DNA of 60,677 nucleotides, filler included, from Nemertoderma westbladi (taxonomy: Eukaryota > Animalia > Xenacoelomorpha), in assembly GCA_032718475.1 (NCBI GenBank). It is 3 parts of 3 records of this genome, joined end to end, with 100 filler letters (N's around TTAATTAATTAA, not from the genome) between each part and the next. Parts side by side here need not be neighbours in the genome. Positions count along the whole stretch, not along the records: positions 1 to 26,291 come from JAUCBJ010007096.1; 2 more parts are not named here. One strand, 5' to 3'. The translations under genes were made by a program, and so were the position numbers. Each line of letters opens with the position of its first letter. Positions within the stretch are counted from its first letter, which is position 1. The notes beneath the pieces were generated by a model, which was given only the letters and a program-made list of their open reading frames with translations, was not told where the DNA came from and ran no database searches. This document shows, in pieces, positions 11,701 through 21,940 of the stretch.

Positions 11701-12789
11701 AGAATGTCTATACCAAAACTCATGCTGACACAATTTGATAAAGAGTTTTATCATTTACATTTGAAACTGTTAAAATTTTATAAAAAACATGGATTAATTG
11801 TTACTAAACTACATAAATTATATTCTTTTCAACAAGAATTTGTATTTAAAAATTACATCGATTTTAATATTAATCAAAGGCGACTGGCAGAAAGTTACAT
11901 TGAAACAGCTGTCGCGAAATTGCTCAATAATTCGCTGTTTGGCAAATCAATAGAAAAGATAAGAGATCGATGTAACTTTCGTATCGCAAATAGCAACGAT
12001 AAATGCGATCAATTGGTAAATCGTATTAATCATGAACAATTTATAATATACAATAATACACTATCGGGACATTTATTAGTGAAAGACTCTGTAACTCTCG
12101 ATAAGCCTATATTTATTGGTAGCACTGTGTTGGACTTGGCTAAATTGGATATGTATGATCTGTATTACAATAAATTGCTACCTATTGAGAAAGAATTAAA
12201 CTGCCGTATTGAAATTGCTGCATCAGACACTGACTCTTTGATAGGTTGTTACTATAATACATCGCAGAATAATTTTTTAAAAGCATTAATTAAAAATAAT
12301 ATTTTAGATACATCCAATTACCCTAAGGATCACCCACTCTACAGCGATAAAAATAAATCCAGACTCTATTACTGTAAAGACGAACTAGCCTCACGTGAAA
12401 TTAAACAAGCAGTATTTTTAAGACCAAAATTATATTCAATTTTGGAATGGAATAATAAAAATATTCGTAGAGCAAAAGGTATTACAAGAGCTGTTGTGGA
12501 AACGAATATTACACATGAAGAATATTTAAAAGCATATAACTCAAATGAAGAAATAAAAAAAAACATACACAGATTTCAATCTAAATTACATCGTATTTAT
12601 ACCTTAAAGCAAAATAAATTTGCACTCAGTAGCTTTGATGATAAACTTTATTGGCTTAATAAAAATCAATCGCTTCCTTGGGGGCACTATAAAACAAACC
12701 TCAAAAAACCTATAAAAATATCAAATATACCAAGTTATGAAGAACCAAAAGACGACGGTGTTGATGATGAATTATCAAATAGTAAATAA
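8732..12789 (+). pseudogene. Protein-primed family B DNA polymerase (pPolB), disrupted
   Basis: N-terminal C2H2-like fingers, GSGW, DNDCFKWAI/NHYVCI, ExoI FDIEC, an endonuclease-VII-like insert (CFYC..RHHSHITGKYIAAACNSCN), ExoII HNSNNYD, KGVFPYEY, ExoIII YLKLDV, and polymerase motifs DFNSLY, KLLNNSLFGK, DTDS, PKLY, AKGI. One 1-bp frameshift near 9823 and one in-frame TAA at 10993-10995 split it into three ORFs. Confidence 0.95.
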
Positions 12790-13318
12790 AAATATATGTT
12801 GTAAGCAGATTATTTATGGACTTAATTTGAAAGAATTAAAAAAGCAATTGAATGGTAAAATTGTACTCAAACCTAATCAGTTTATATATAAGGTATTTGG
12901 TGCAACCATATTAATGTTTACAAATGGACGAATAACAATTCTCGGTAGAAAATATAATTTTAATAAAGTGAAAAAACATATATTAGAAAAAACAAACATT
13001 AATTTGATTTTTAAATCAATCAATTTGTGTACTTATATTTTTAGTATCGATACTGTAATTTATAGGTTACTTATAAATAATATCGGGTTTTATGTTATAT
13101 TTGATAATGTTAAACTAGAAATTTCATACGACCCTGAAATATTCAATAACTGTAAAGTCAGAATAAATAATATTGTTGTTGTTTGCTGTTTCTACACTGG
13201 TAAATGTACATTAATGTGTTCCCCGTTTAAATTTCATATATATTATTCTATTTTCAACAAGCTGGTTAATAATTTATTATTGTTTGGTATGGGGGTTTTT
13301 GATGTAAAATATAATTAG
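12737..13318 (+). CDS. Divergent TATA-box-binding protein (TBP)-like protein
   Basis: Two-repeat TBP pattern: LNLKEL...ATILMFTNGRITILG (cf. ATALIFSSGKMVCTG) and ISYDPEIF...VVCCFYTGKCTLM (cf. SYEPELFPGL...VLLIFVSGKVVLTG). Size matches a TBP core. Overlaps the pPolB stop. Confidence 0.72.
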   Translation: MKNQKTTVLMMNYQIVNKNICCKQIIYGLNLKELKKQLNGKIVLKPNQFIYKVFGATILMFTNGRITILGRKYNFNKVKKHILEKTNINLIFKSINLCTYIFSIDTVIYRLLINNIGFYVIFDNVKLEISYDPEIFNNCKVRINNIVVVCCFYTGKCTLMCSPFKFHIYYSIFNKLVNNLLLFGMGVFDVKYN

Positions 13319-13985
13319 TACGAATGAAATTTATTGTTGTTGCTGTTTGGTGGTGGTGGAGATTTTTACTGTAAAATATATATATTAAATTGAAGGGAGA
13401 AGAAATTTATGAATATTTTTTTAAAATCAACAACTAGTTTGAGGGGAAATTAACTTCAGTAGAGTGATTGTTTCTTGTAACACTCAAGTAGGCATAGTAT
13501 ACTCAGCAGCCGCGGCTAGCTAGCTAGCTAGCTTGGCATTGTTGCTCACGAGTGAGCCACAATAGCGCATCTGTTACTTATGAGAGTGAGTGTGTGTGGT
13601 GGGCATCGCTAAGCTCGGTGAGAAAAGTTTAGGGCTATGTGCTGGTATTCATAGTCAAAGACGATGCCATCCTATCTGTTAATAGTCTGTATACCGGTAC
13701 ATATCATTAAAACATCCGCTATGCATCTCCCTACATTCAGAATAGAACAATGAATAGAGCATATATCGCTAATCCGCATGGGAAAGGTTTATGCTGTGCA
13801 TTTTGTTAACTATGTGAATTTTGTAATGTACACATCTGCGACCCTCTACAAAAATATATATAAACTCAATTTTTCTAACAGTGAACTATAATTTTGTTAA
13901 CCAAAATAAAAAAAAAAACAAATACCGGTATACTCTAGCTTAAACTATACTACTGTACTATATATAACCAACCTGTAACAGTAAA

Positions 13986-14375
13986 ATGACAGCAAGTGTG
14001 ACAAGTTGTTCTATGAAATTCGATCTTGAAGCTGGTGATGTATACCTTCAAGCGGCAAATATAGTCGACATTAATATGAAACTTGAAGATGGTAAATTCC
14101 ATATGGAAATTAAAAATAACAGACTAGGAAACGAAATAACAGATTTTAAAACAATGAAAAATTTCACATTAAATGTGAGAATTCAACCCAGCGATAGCGA
14201 AATTCATACAGGCGGTATAATTTCTCAAGAAAATTGGGAGGATGGTATAACAAATCCAATGTTACCCCCAAACAACCCATGGAGCGATGATGATAATGAT
14301 GTTGTTGTGACACATTCACAACCGCAACCGGAACCGGAACCGCAGCAACAGCAACTAATTTATAAATGGTACTAG
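13986..14375 (+). CDS. Polinton orphan ORF (129 aa, acidic and Pro/Gln-rich C-terminus)
   Basis: AAAATG start, TATA-like TATATATAAA about 125 bp upstream, AATAAA downstream. No recognisable domain. Confidence 0.55.
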   Translation: MTASVTSCSMKFDLEAGDVYLQAANIVDINMKLEDGKFHMEIKNNRLGNEITDFKTMKNFTLNVRIQPSDSEIHTGGIISQENWEDGITNPMLPPNNPWSDDDNDVVVTHSQPQPEPEPQQQQLIYKWY

Positions 14376-14624
14376 TAATGAGAAGAGATTTATCGATACT
14401 GACTAACTGAACTGACTGACTGACCTATTAAATGTTAGTTACTGTCTTAATTAGCCCCTACCGGTACCTACTAAATTTGTCAAATTGTGACCAGTGTTCC
14501 TGTCTGATTGTAACAGTTGGAGAGAACTTCAAATTTCAACTCATTAAATGTTATCAGTCTATTTTATATCTAATTTAAAAAAAAAAGCGAATACATAAAT
14601 AAACTAACTATGTTTTATATAGGC

Positions 14625-14960
14625 CCCCGTCAACATAGAGTGAATGTTAGTAACAGAGAATGTGGTGGATTTTATATAGGCTTAGTTAGGTATACTGCGG
14701 GCCACACCTATTGTATCCGCGTGGAGCCATTATATGACTGGTTGAATGATGGGGTTCCTGACTAAAAGTTAACGGTATAGCATACAACATAAAGTGAATG
14801 TTGAAAGTTAGTAACAGAGAGTGCGAGGGGATTTTATAGGTCCAATAGCGCTACCGGTACCTAACTACACCTATTGTGTCTGTGAGGTAGTCAGCTTTCA
14901 GTTGAGGAGTAGTCATTAGGCCTATATGCCTAACCAAATGAAGGTGTACCTTACCTATCC
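14625..14960. repeat. Degenerate tandem duplication (unit about 160 bp)
   Basis: CAACATA(G/A)AGTGAATGTT..AGTAACAGAGA..ACACCTATTGT recurs at about 14631 and 14785. Confidence 0.7.
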
Positions 14961-15619
14961 GTAAACCATATTGGGTCAACATGCGAAAAAGGGCCCCGCA
15001 TAAAGTTAACTATAGCTGTATAGGCTTACCTATGCAACAGTAGCACGCAGTAATGTAGATTAGACCAATTAAAGTTGTAAACAGAAAATTGGAAGCATTC
15101 AAGTGTAATAGCCTAATCCTTAAATGAAAGAAACCAGCATGCTCTTGCGCTATCCAAGTATACAGGTACAAGAGTGCTACGGTGCCGGTACCAGTAGGCC
15201 TATTGTTAGGTGAGCCTCCTCTAATGCTGCATTCACGAACCCCCATGTCGACTTAATTTAATTTTATTATTAGTAAGTACGGTACCGGTAACGCTAAAGC
15301 TCTGTGGTTGCTGTCGGGGCCATTCTGCCGTTCTACAGTTTAGCGTTGTTGGTATATGTAGTAAAATCAGCTAGCTACTAGTAGTTAAACTCTGATACAA
15401 CAGCCGGCTACCGGTAGGTACGGTGTGTTTGTGAGTGTAAACTTAAGCCCTACACCTTTAGTCAAACTGAGATATAAAAAATAGATTTTAATGTTTTTTT
15501 ATTTTTATTGACATTAAAACAATTATATTATCCCATCACATTACATGCTTAGAGTAAACCTACAGTACATCTTCCACCGCAGTTATTTCTTTCTGTTTAT
15601 CATCATCATCAGTCGCAGT

Positions 15620-15761
15620 TGAACAAGTGTTATTTCTAATTATAGTTTATTAATTCAGAAATGATACATATCTATATATTAATTTAGTATACCGGTATTT
15701 TAGTACAGCAGTATATATGTGATGACTTAGGCCTAAGGCCTACCTAGTACAGTATGTAATA
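15620..15761 (-). repeat. Gypsy 3' LTR
   Basis: Identical to 21151-21292; reads TA...CA on the minus strand. Confidence 0.97.
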
Positions 15762-16034
15762 TCCCCCCATGACAACGATATTGCTGTTTCACGAAATGGG
15801 ACAGCTGTTGAGATGTCAGAATTGTTTTATCCTGAGATCATAGGAGAGTCTGTAAAATATCGATTATAAATTTGATCCTAAATGTAAATTATGTCATGGT
15901 GGGATCCATTAACAAAATGAACTATCTACTAAACTTTGGAATTTCACCCATCACCAAACTCTCTAAAATACATAGGCAAGGTACTAAGTATTGTATATGA
16001 TTATATCGCAGTTAGCAATAAACATGATTTAAAG

Positions 16035-19000
16035 TTATATATTTATAAACTTCCTAAAGTTTGAATTAGTGAAGATTCTGCTCTTCTGAGTAGATTTGAG
16101 AAGCTCAGCAGAAGATATTGTGTTGCTGCTGTTGATCCAAGCTTCATTCCCATGCAGCCTTTCAGGTGGAATCCCTGCATTTGATCTGGTAGATCTTCTC
16201 AGCCCGGGTTCATTCATTGTATTTTTGGTTAGTGGTTGAGGCCTTGCCTGGGGAGGCTTGGCCTGTTTATCCTTGATAGGAGTAGGAGGTGTTTGTAATC
16301 CCGTGTTTGATGGTGATGTCAGTTTCGCCGGTGTTGATGGTTGATGTGATATGGTTACTGCACTGGGACTAGCTTCCCTAGCACTTTTCAAAGGTGACTG
16401 TAACTGATCACAGACTATTTTCGCCCGATTCACATCAGAGGGCATGACATGGGTAGGGCTATCCTCTTCCCTATCTTTAGGCATTGAATTGGCTGTAGGA
16501 GTGGCCTGCTGTTGATATTTGCTGTCATATGCGGTTTGAGGTAGTTGAGGTGGATCTTGGCATGCCTGATGATGTTTTGAGTCTATAGTGGCTGGGGTGT
16601 TAGCGGGTGTTCCCCAGTTAGGTACGACCATCCTTGTAGTTGGGTGTCCATAGTTAAAAGGATCTATTTTTCGCAGAAATCTTCTGTTCCGGAGGGTTAA
16701 TCTACGCGAACCCTCCAAACATACAACATATTGATCATTATCCCTAGTCTCCATGATTCGACCAGTGCGGTCCCACCTGGTGGGATTGTTTCCTGACTGA
16801 TTCTGGACCCGAACAATGTCACCCACCAGGAGGACAGGTAATTACTTGGATTTTGCATCTAGTTTTTCCCATTGTTTAGCAAGTCTGGTGCGGAGGGCAA
16901 TCTCCTTCTCATTCCAAGTGTCCTTCCATGTCTGATGCACCTGACTCTGTGGCCCAAATACCTGTTCATTTGGAGGTAGAGGGAGAGTATCCCTCAGGGT
17001 TTTGCCTAAGAGGACTTGAGCTGGCGACATGCCACTATCTTGCTCAGGTGTGTTTCTAAACTGCAACACACCACGTAGGAACTCATCTGTGTTCAGGTCA
17101 CTTGAGTCGCTGGTGTTGTCCCTAAGAAGCCTCTTCATAGACTTAACTGCCACCTCAGCCCTACCATTTGACTGTGCAAAGTATGCTGATGATTGCCTGT
17201 GTGCTACACCCCATCTCTTAAGAAAATCTGTAAATTCCTTAGCTGCGAACTCAGGGCCCCCATCACTCGAAATTTCTATTGGAACTCCATATGCTCCAAA
17301 AAGTAGTCGTAATGCCTGTGTGAGACCTTGGGATCCACAATTCTCATTCTTTCTTGTGATATGGAATATACTCGGCCAATTTGTGAATCTGTCAACAGTG
17401 ACCAAGTAGTAATTACCTTTGAGGTGGAAGTAGTCAGCGGCAATGGATTCAAATGGCATGGAAGGGGTTGTAGGCTCAGCAGGAGGCAAGCTTGACTGGC
17501 TGGGAGCAATAGAATCACATGTGGTGCATTTTGACCGGATAGTCTGTATATCTGAAGTAATCCCTGGCCAGAACACTGATGCCATAGCTCTACCTGTCAT
17601 TTGAGTTGTCCCCTGGTGTGCTCCATGAAGGTGTTCGCAGACCTCATCATGGAGGCTCGGTGGAATAACCACACGGTCTTTATACATTACAACACCGTCT
17701 GTGACAGATAAATCATCCCGGTATTTCCAGTACTGGATCAGCTGTGGGGACAGATTGCTTGCCCTCTCAGGGAAACCATTTTCTGCCATATCTATAAGCT
17801 GAAGAAGATGAATGTCTTTGTTTGTCTCATCTCTGACCCTTTCCCAAGTTACTGCCTTAAGCTTGTCTAAACCAGAACTGGCAGCGGCAATAATGGCATC
17901 CTCAATGTCATCTATTTCACGAATAACTCTGATGGTTGCTAGGCAATCATCTTCAATGCCTATGAGAGTTTCGTCAGCCTCTAAGTTGCTAGGGTTTCTC
18001 GATGTTGCATCAGGGGCAGGGATATTTTTCCCAGGTACATGGAAGATTCTGAATCTCCATGACATTGTTTTCTCCTTCAAGCTAAGAATTCTTCTGTTTG
18101 TTATCTCATCCAGTAACCTGTCACCAAGTATTTTGATAAGTGGTTTGTGGTCAGTCTGGATAATAAGATCTGCGCATCCCCATGTAAAGAACTTAGTATC
18201 CTCTAGTGACCATGCAACAGCGAGACATTCACCCTCTATAGGCCAGTAGTTTTCCTCAGCCTTCTTGAGGAACCGTGAACCTGCTAGTGTTATCCTCCAG
18301 CCACTTGGACAACATGTAGTAATGTCAGAATTACATTCACAGTATTTCTGGTAAAGGAAGTAACCAATCCCCTTCTTGCACCAGTCTGGGCTAAGGCAGG
18401 TCTTCCTCGATGGGTCAAATATTTCTACACCCTCTATGATAGCCTGGCTTATCTCCAACTTAGACTGAATAAAAGAAGCCTCCAGGTCATCATTCCAGTG
18501 GAATCTTGTCTTTGGACTGAGGAGAGGCTTGAATGGGGACATAAGGCCTGTGAGACGACCATAGTGTGAGACCTGGTTGACCAGGCCAAACCATGCACGA
18601 ACATCAGTTATGTTGGTAGGTCGTGGGAAATTCTTGATTGAGTCAATGTACTTGGGGAGTGGCTTGACATTGTTATTGGTAAGAAGGAATCCTGCAAACT
18701 CCACAGACTTTTGGCAGAATTGGAATTTCTTGGGATTTAGGATTATCCCATGTTTCCCCACGAGGTCCAGGTAGTCCATAATCCTTCTCCAATGTGTCTC
18801 CAAGTCATTGTCCCATAAAATTGTGTCATCGACACATTTTGACTTTCTTTCTACATCAGCTATGAGCTTATCATATCGCATGTTGTACCCATCACCTCTG
18901 GAAAGGTACCCCTGGGGGGCAACATTGTAATGGTATCGACCATTCTCTGTGATAAAGGTTGTGAGGTGTCGGTCCTCTTCCTTTAATGGGACAGAGTGAT

Positions 19001-21053
19001 ATCCATTCCAGGCATCAGTTACTGTTCTGTATGTATTGCTGGGTACAATCCGTGCCTGTTTGAATGGTGGAATCAAGTGGTATGATTCTCTGATGCAAAC
19101 TTTGTTAAGTGGTCTGAGGTCAATGGTCCTTCGAGGTGAACCATCCGGCTTCGGCACAACATGCATTCTGTGACACCAGGTGGTAGGTGTCCCTGGCTTT
19201 ACTTTAGACAAAACTCCTAGAGCCTCATCCTGATCAAGCAGAGCCTGGACCTCCTCTCTCCAATGGATTGGCACAGTTGCAGCAGTGTGCACTGCATGTG
19301 GAGTGGCCTCTGGGTCAATATGTATTGAAATAGGTGGGCCAGACATCATGGGCAGACGTTGGTGCGGACACCTATTGAATGTGGATGCAGAATAGTGTTC
19401 CAATAGCCATTGACGCATCTTAGTGATATTTTCCTCCCTGGCAGGGAAGGGAAATTCCTTTGGTTGGGGTGGTGGCTGTTGGTGATAAGGGCATCCACAT
19501 GGAGCTGTTCCATTCAAACCAATACTACCTTTGGCATTGTCACTGACTCCACATACTGATGCAGACCCAACCTTAGGAAAATCATTTCCAATTATCTGGA
19601 GTTGTTGCATAGCCTGTTTACTCAGGTAGAACAGAGATGTTGAGTCAGTTACATATGCCATTATTGCTGTTTGGAGTTTTTTACCACTATCAGGGTTGAC
19701 TCCGGATATGCGTAGGAAGATGGCTCCTAGTATATGGATCTCCTCATGGTTGATAGCCCGTAGCCTATTCTTTACATGTGCTAAGTCTTTCTTCTTGAGT
19801 CCTAGGTGGTGTAGCATCTTTAGACCAATGAGGTTGGATTGGGCACCTGTGTCAGTTATAGCTTCAATTGATGTGGGCCTTATCTTAGGGAAAGGAAGCC
19901 GTAGGTGGCTATAGTCAGATTGGTCAGTAGTCACTATCAAATTTATCCGTGGCTGGGAACTAGCTGCTGCATTTTTCCAACCATCGGTACCATCGAAAAT
20001 AAAATTGTCCAAACCCACTGTAGGATGGCCTTCTCTAGTTGAGGCCAGTTCAAACTTCATTGACGACATGAAGTTGAAAAAAGCATTGTTTTCTGGTATG
20101 GTTGAATTGGATTTTGTGCTCATTGTCATAGCTTTCCGACTATTGGACTGTCACCAGCAGGCTTTGCATTTGGGAAAGGTAAGGAGTTTGTCATCTTTCC
20201 CCTTGCTGCCCAAGCGTATTTTGTGTTTGAGAAACTCTTATCCACATTCCTCACACTTTGCTTTCAATAGGAGTCTTTTATCATTTGGATGAATCTTTTT
20301 GAAACTGAATGTGGCTGCTTGGTTTGATTCATGGCCTGGTTGAGGGGCTATAGATCTGATGGCACGCTCCTTTGTTTCAATTAAGGCGATTGTGTCGACC
20401 AGACTCATTTCATCCATTTTGTCAGTCCCAAGGACTTCAAGCTTGATATCTTCATCTGCCAGTCCTGTTATAACGACTAATTTAATGATAGCTTGACTGT
20501 AGTCGACCTTCAGATTACAAACGCCACATGTCTGAGTGAATCCACAGGTCTGGGCCTTTCCCCTAACCCTGGCAGCAAACACACGAATTCGTTCACCATG
20601 GTCTTGTCGCAGTGACAGTAATTCTGTCTGTTGGACAGAAATGGCCACAGAGACAACTGCCAGCTTTTTAATGGCTGCCAATAATTCAGCCTCTGACTTT
20701 GTGTGTGCAGTGGGATCATCCCTATGGACATCTGACTTGAGGTCACTATCACAGCAGTTTAACAGGTGGACTGGAAGGGAAGCTGGGTTAATAGTTGTTG
20801 CCGACTTGAATATTTCCCACTCCCGCTCAAATGCATTCCAGCTATCCTCATAGATTCCCCCCTTAACCTTAGGTGCCTCAATCTTGGGAGCCTTTTGCTT
20901 TGCCGCTGGTGCGGTAGCCTCAGCGTGATCGGCATCAGGTGGGTGGGTGGACTGTAGGTGGTGCTGGAGCATTACTGCCCCGGCAGCGTCAGCGACGTCC
21001 GGGGTCCTAAACCCACAGTTGGCGATGTGGCAACGAATAGTCGGCATTTTCAA
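16035..21053 (-). pseudogene. Gypsy gag-pol, one reading frame with three in-frame stops
   Basis: Gag with C/H motifs, protease DTGAQS, RT CVDD, RNase H (TDHKPL), integrase H..H..C..C / ADYF / SDGGPEF / NGRAE, C-terminal LRRSTR. Stops at 20238-20240, 20151-20153 and 16842-16844 all lie in the same frame. Confidence 0.93.
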
Positions 21054-21150
21054 TTAATTTTGAAACATTTCAGTGGTTCAAGTGCTTACTTCTAGGTCTA
21101 GCCTGAACATATAGCATTTCAAATCACCATATCATTCATTATATGTATCA

Positions 21151-21292
21151 TGAACAAGTGTTATTTCTAATTATAGTTTATTAATTCAGAAATGATACAT
21201 ATCTATATATTAATTTAGTATACCGGTATTTTAGTACAGCAGTATATATGTGATGACTTAGGCCTAAGGCCTACCTAGTACAGTATGTAATA
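21151..21292 (-). repeat. Gypsy 5' LTR
   Basis: Identical to 15620-15761. Confidence 0.97.
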
Positions 21293-21297
21293 GCAGT

Positions 21298-21851
21298 TAA
21301 ACGCTTTCTCATGAAAAAATGTAGCACCTCATATCCCCCAACGCGTTTTGCTGAGCAGTATCGCAGACAGTTAGTTATCCCTTATGTTTAAGTGGAACGC
21401 GCATTTACTTTCTACTGTAGTGAATCGGTCGTGAAACCGACAAGGCGTTAAATAATCGTGATATTGCTTATATATTCCCAATTTCTCCACCGAATTTGGC
21501 TCGAGAACATCGAGTTGGGAAACTAACATTGCCTGCTTCAGCAACCCAAATACATGAATATTTTTTTTATATTTTAAATGTCTCTTCATATATTTTTTAA
21601 AGTCATCTTGAGAAATGTCCCCGTAGTCCCAGGGCAAGTGAGAAGTCATATCCCGTAAATTGTTTACGTGGGCTGCATCTAAAGCTGATAACTTAATATT
21701 AGACGGGCCTTTAATTAAAAACGTCTTTACATTAGTTTTGGTATAATTAGAATCGAATATAGCAAATTCTTTAAATACTACCGGATACTCTTTATTGTCT
21801 ATCTTATAATATTGAAAATCAACAAAAATAATATTATCCCGTACTATACAT
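21298..21851 (-). pseudogene. Polinton DEDD-exonuclease-like accessory gene; its last codons lie at 15560-15619, beyond the Gypsy insertion
   Basis: NIIFVDFQYY..VVFKEFAI..FLIKGP..HLPWDYGDI..VFGLLK..C..H...C matches a gene type I recognise from invertebrate Polintons. There is a 1-bp frameshift just after ATG 21851 and a TAAC duplication near 21371. The corrected frame runs across the GCAGT TSD to TAG at 15560-15562. Confidence 0.65.
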
Positions 21852-21940
21852 TACGTTAGGAGGAAATTATTTGTATTTGTAAAATTAGGATCTGATTTAG
21901 TTGCGGCAAGATAAGGAGTATTTCATTTTCGTTATTAAAC

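Larger units (their letters stand above)
15620..21292 (-). mobile_element. Full-length Ty3/Gypsy LTR retrotransposon (Mag-like, no chromodomain)
   Basis: Identical 142-bp LTRs. 5-bp TSD GCAGT at 15615-15619 and 21293-21297. Polypurine tract GGGGGGA next to the 3' LTR. Domain order gag-PR-RT-RH-IN. Confidence 0.96.
6338..21940 (+). mobile_element. Polinton/Maverick, left arm; interrupted by Gypsy and by a second BEL element; right end not in window
   Basis: BEL coding sequence stops abruptly at AGTAGTAGGAGA (6338), matching the AGT-repeat terminus typical of Polintons. A repeat-rich non-coding region follows, then pPolB and accessory genes. No integrase, ATPase or capsid gene is visible before the gap. 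Confidence 0.82.

Noticed and set aside
16035-16826. Separate env-like or chromodomain ORF in the Gypsy
   Set aside because: It is in frame with the integrase and is its low-complexity C-terminal tail after a nonsense codon. No TM or chromodomain motif.
17029-20957. Many plus-strand ORFs over the Gypsy, and similar antisense ORFs over hATm, pPolB, gag and the LINEs
   Set aside because: Antisense shadows of real coding frames, with no recognisable motifs.
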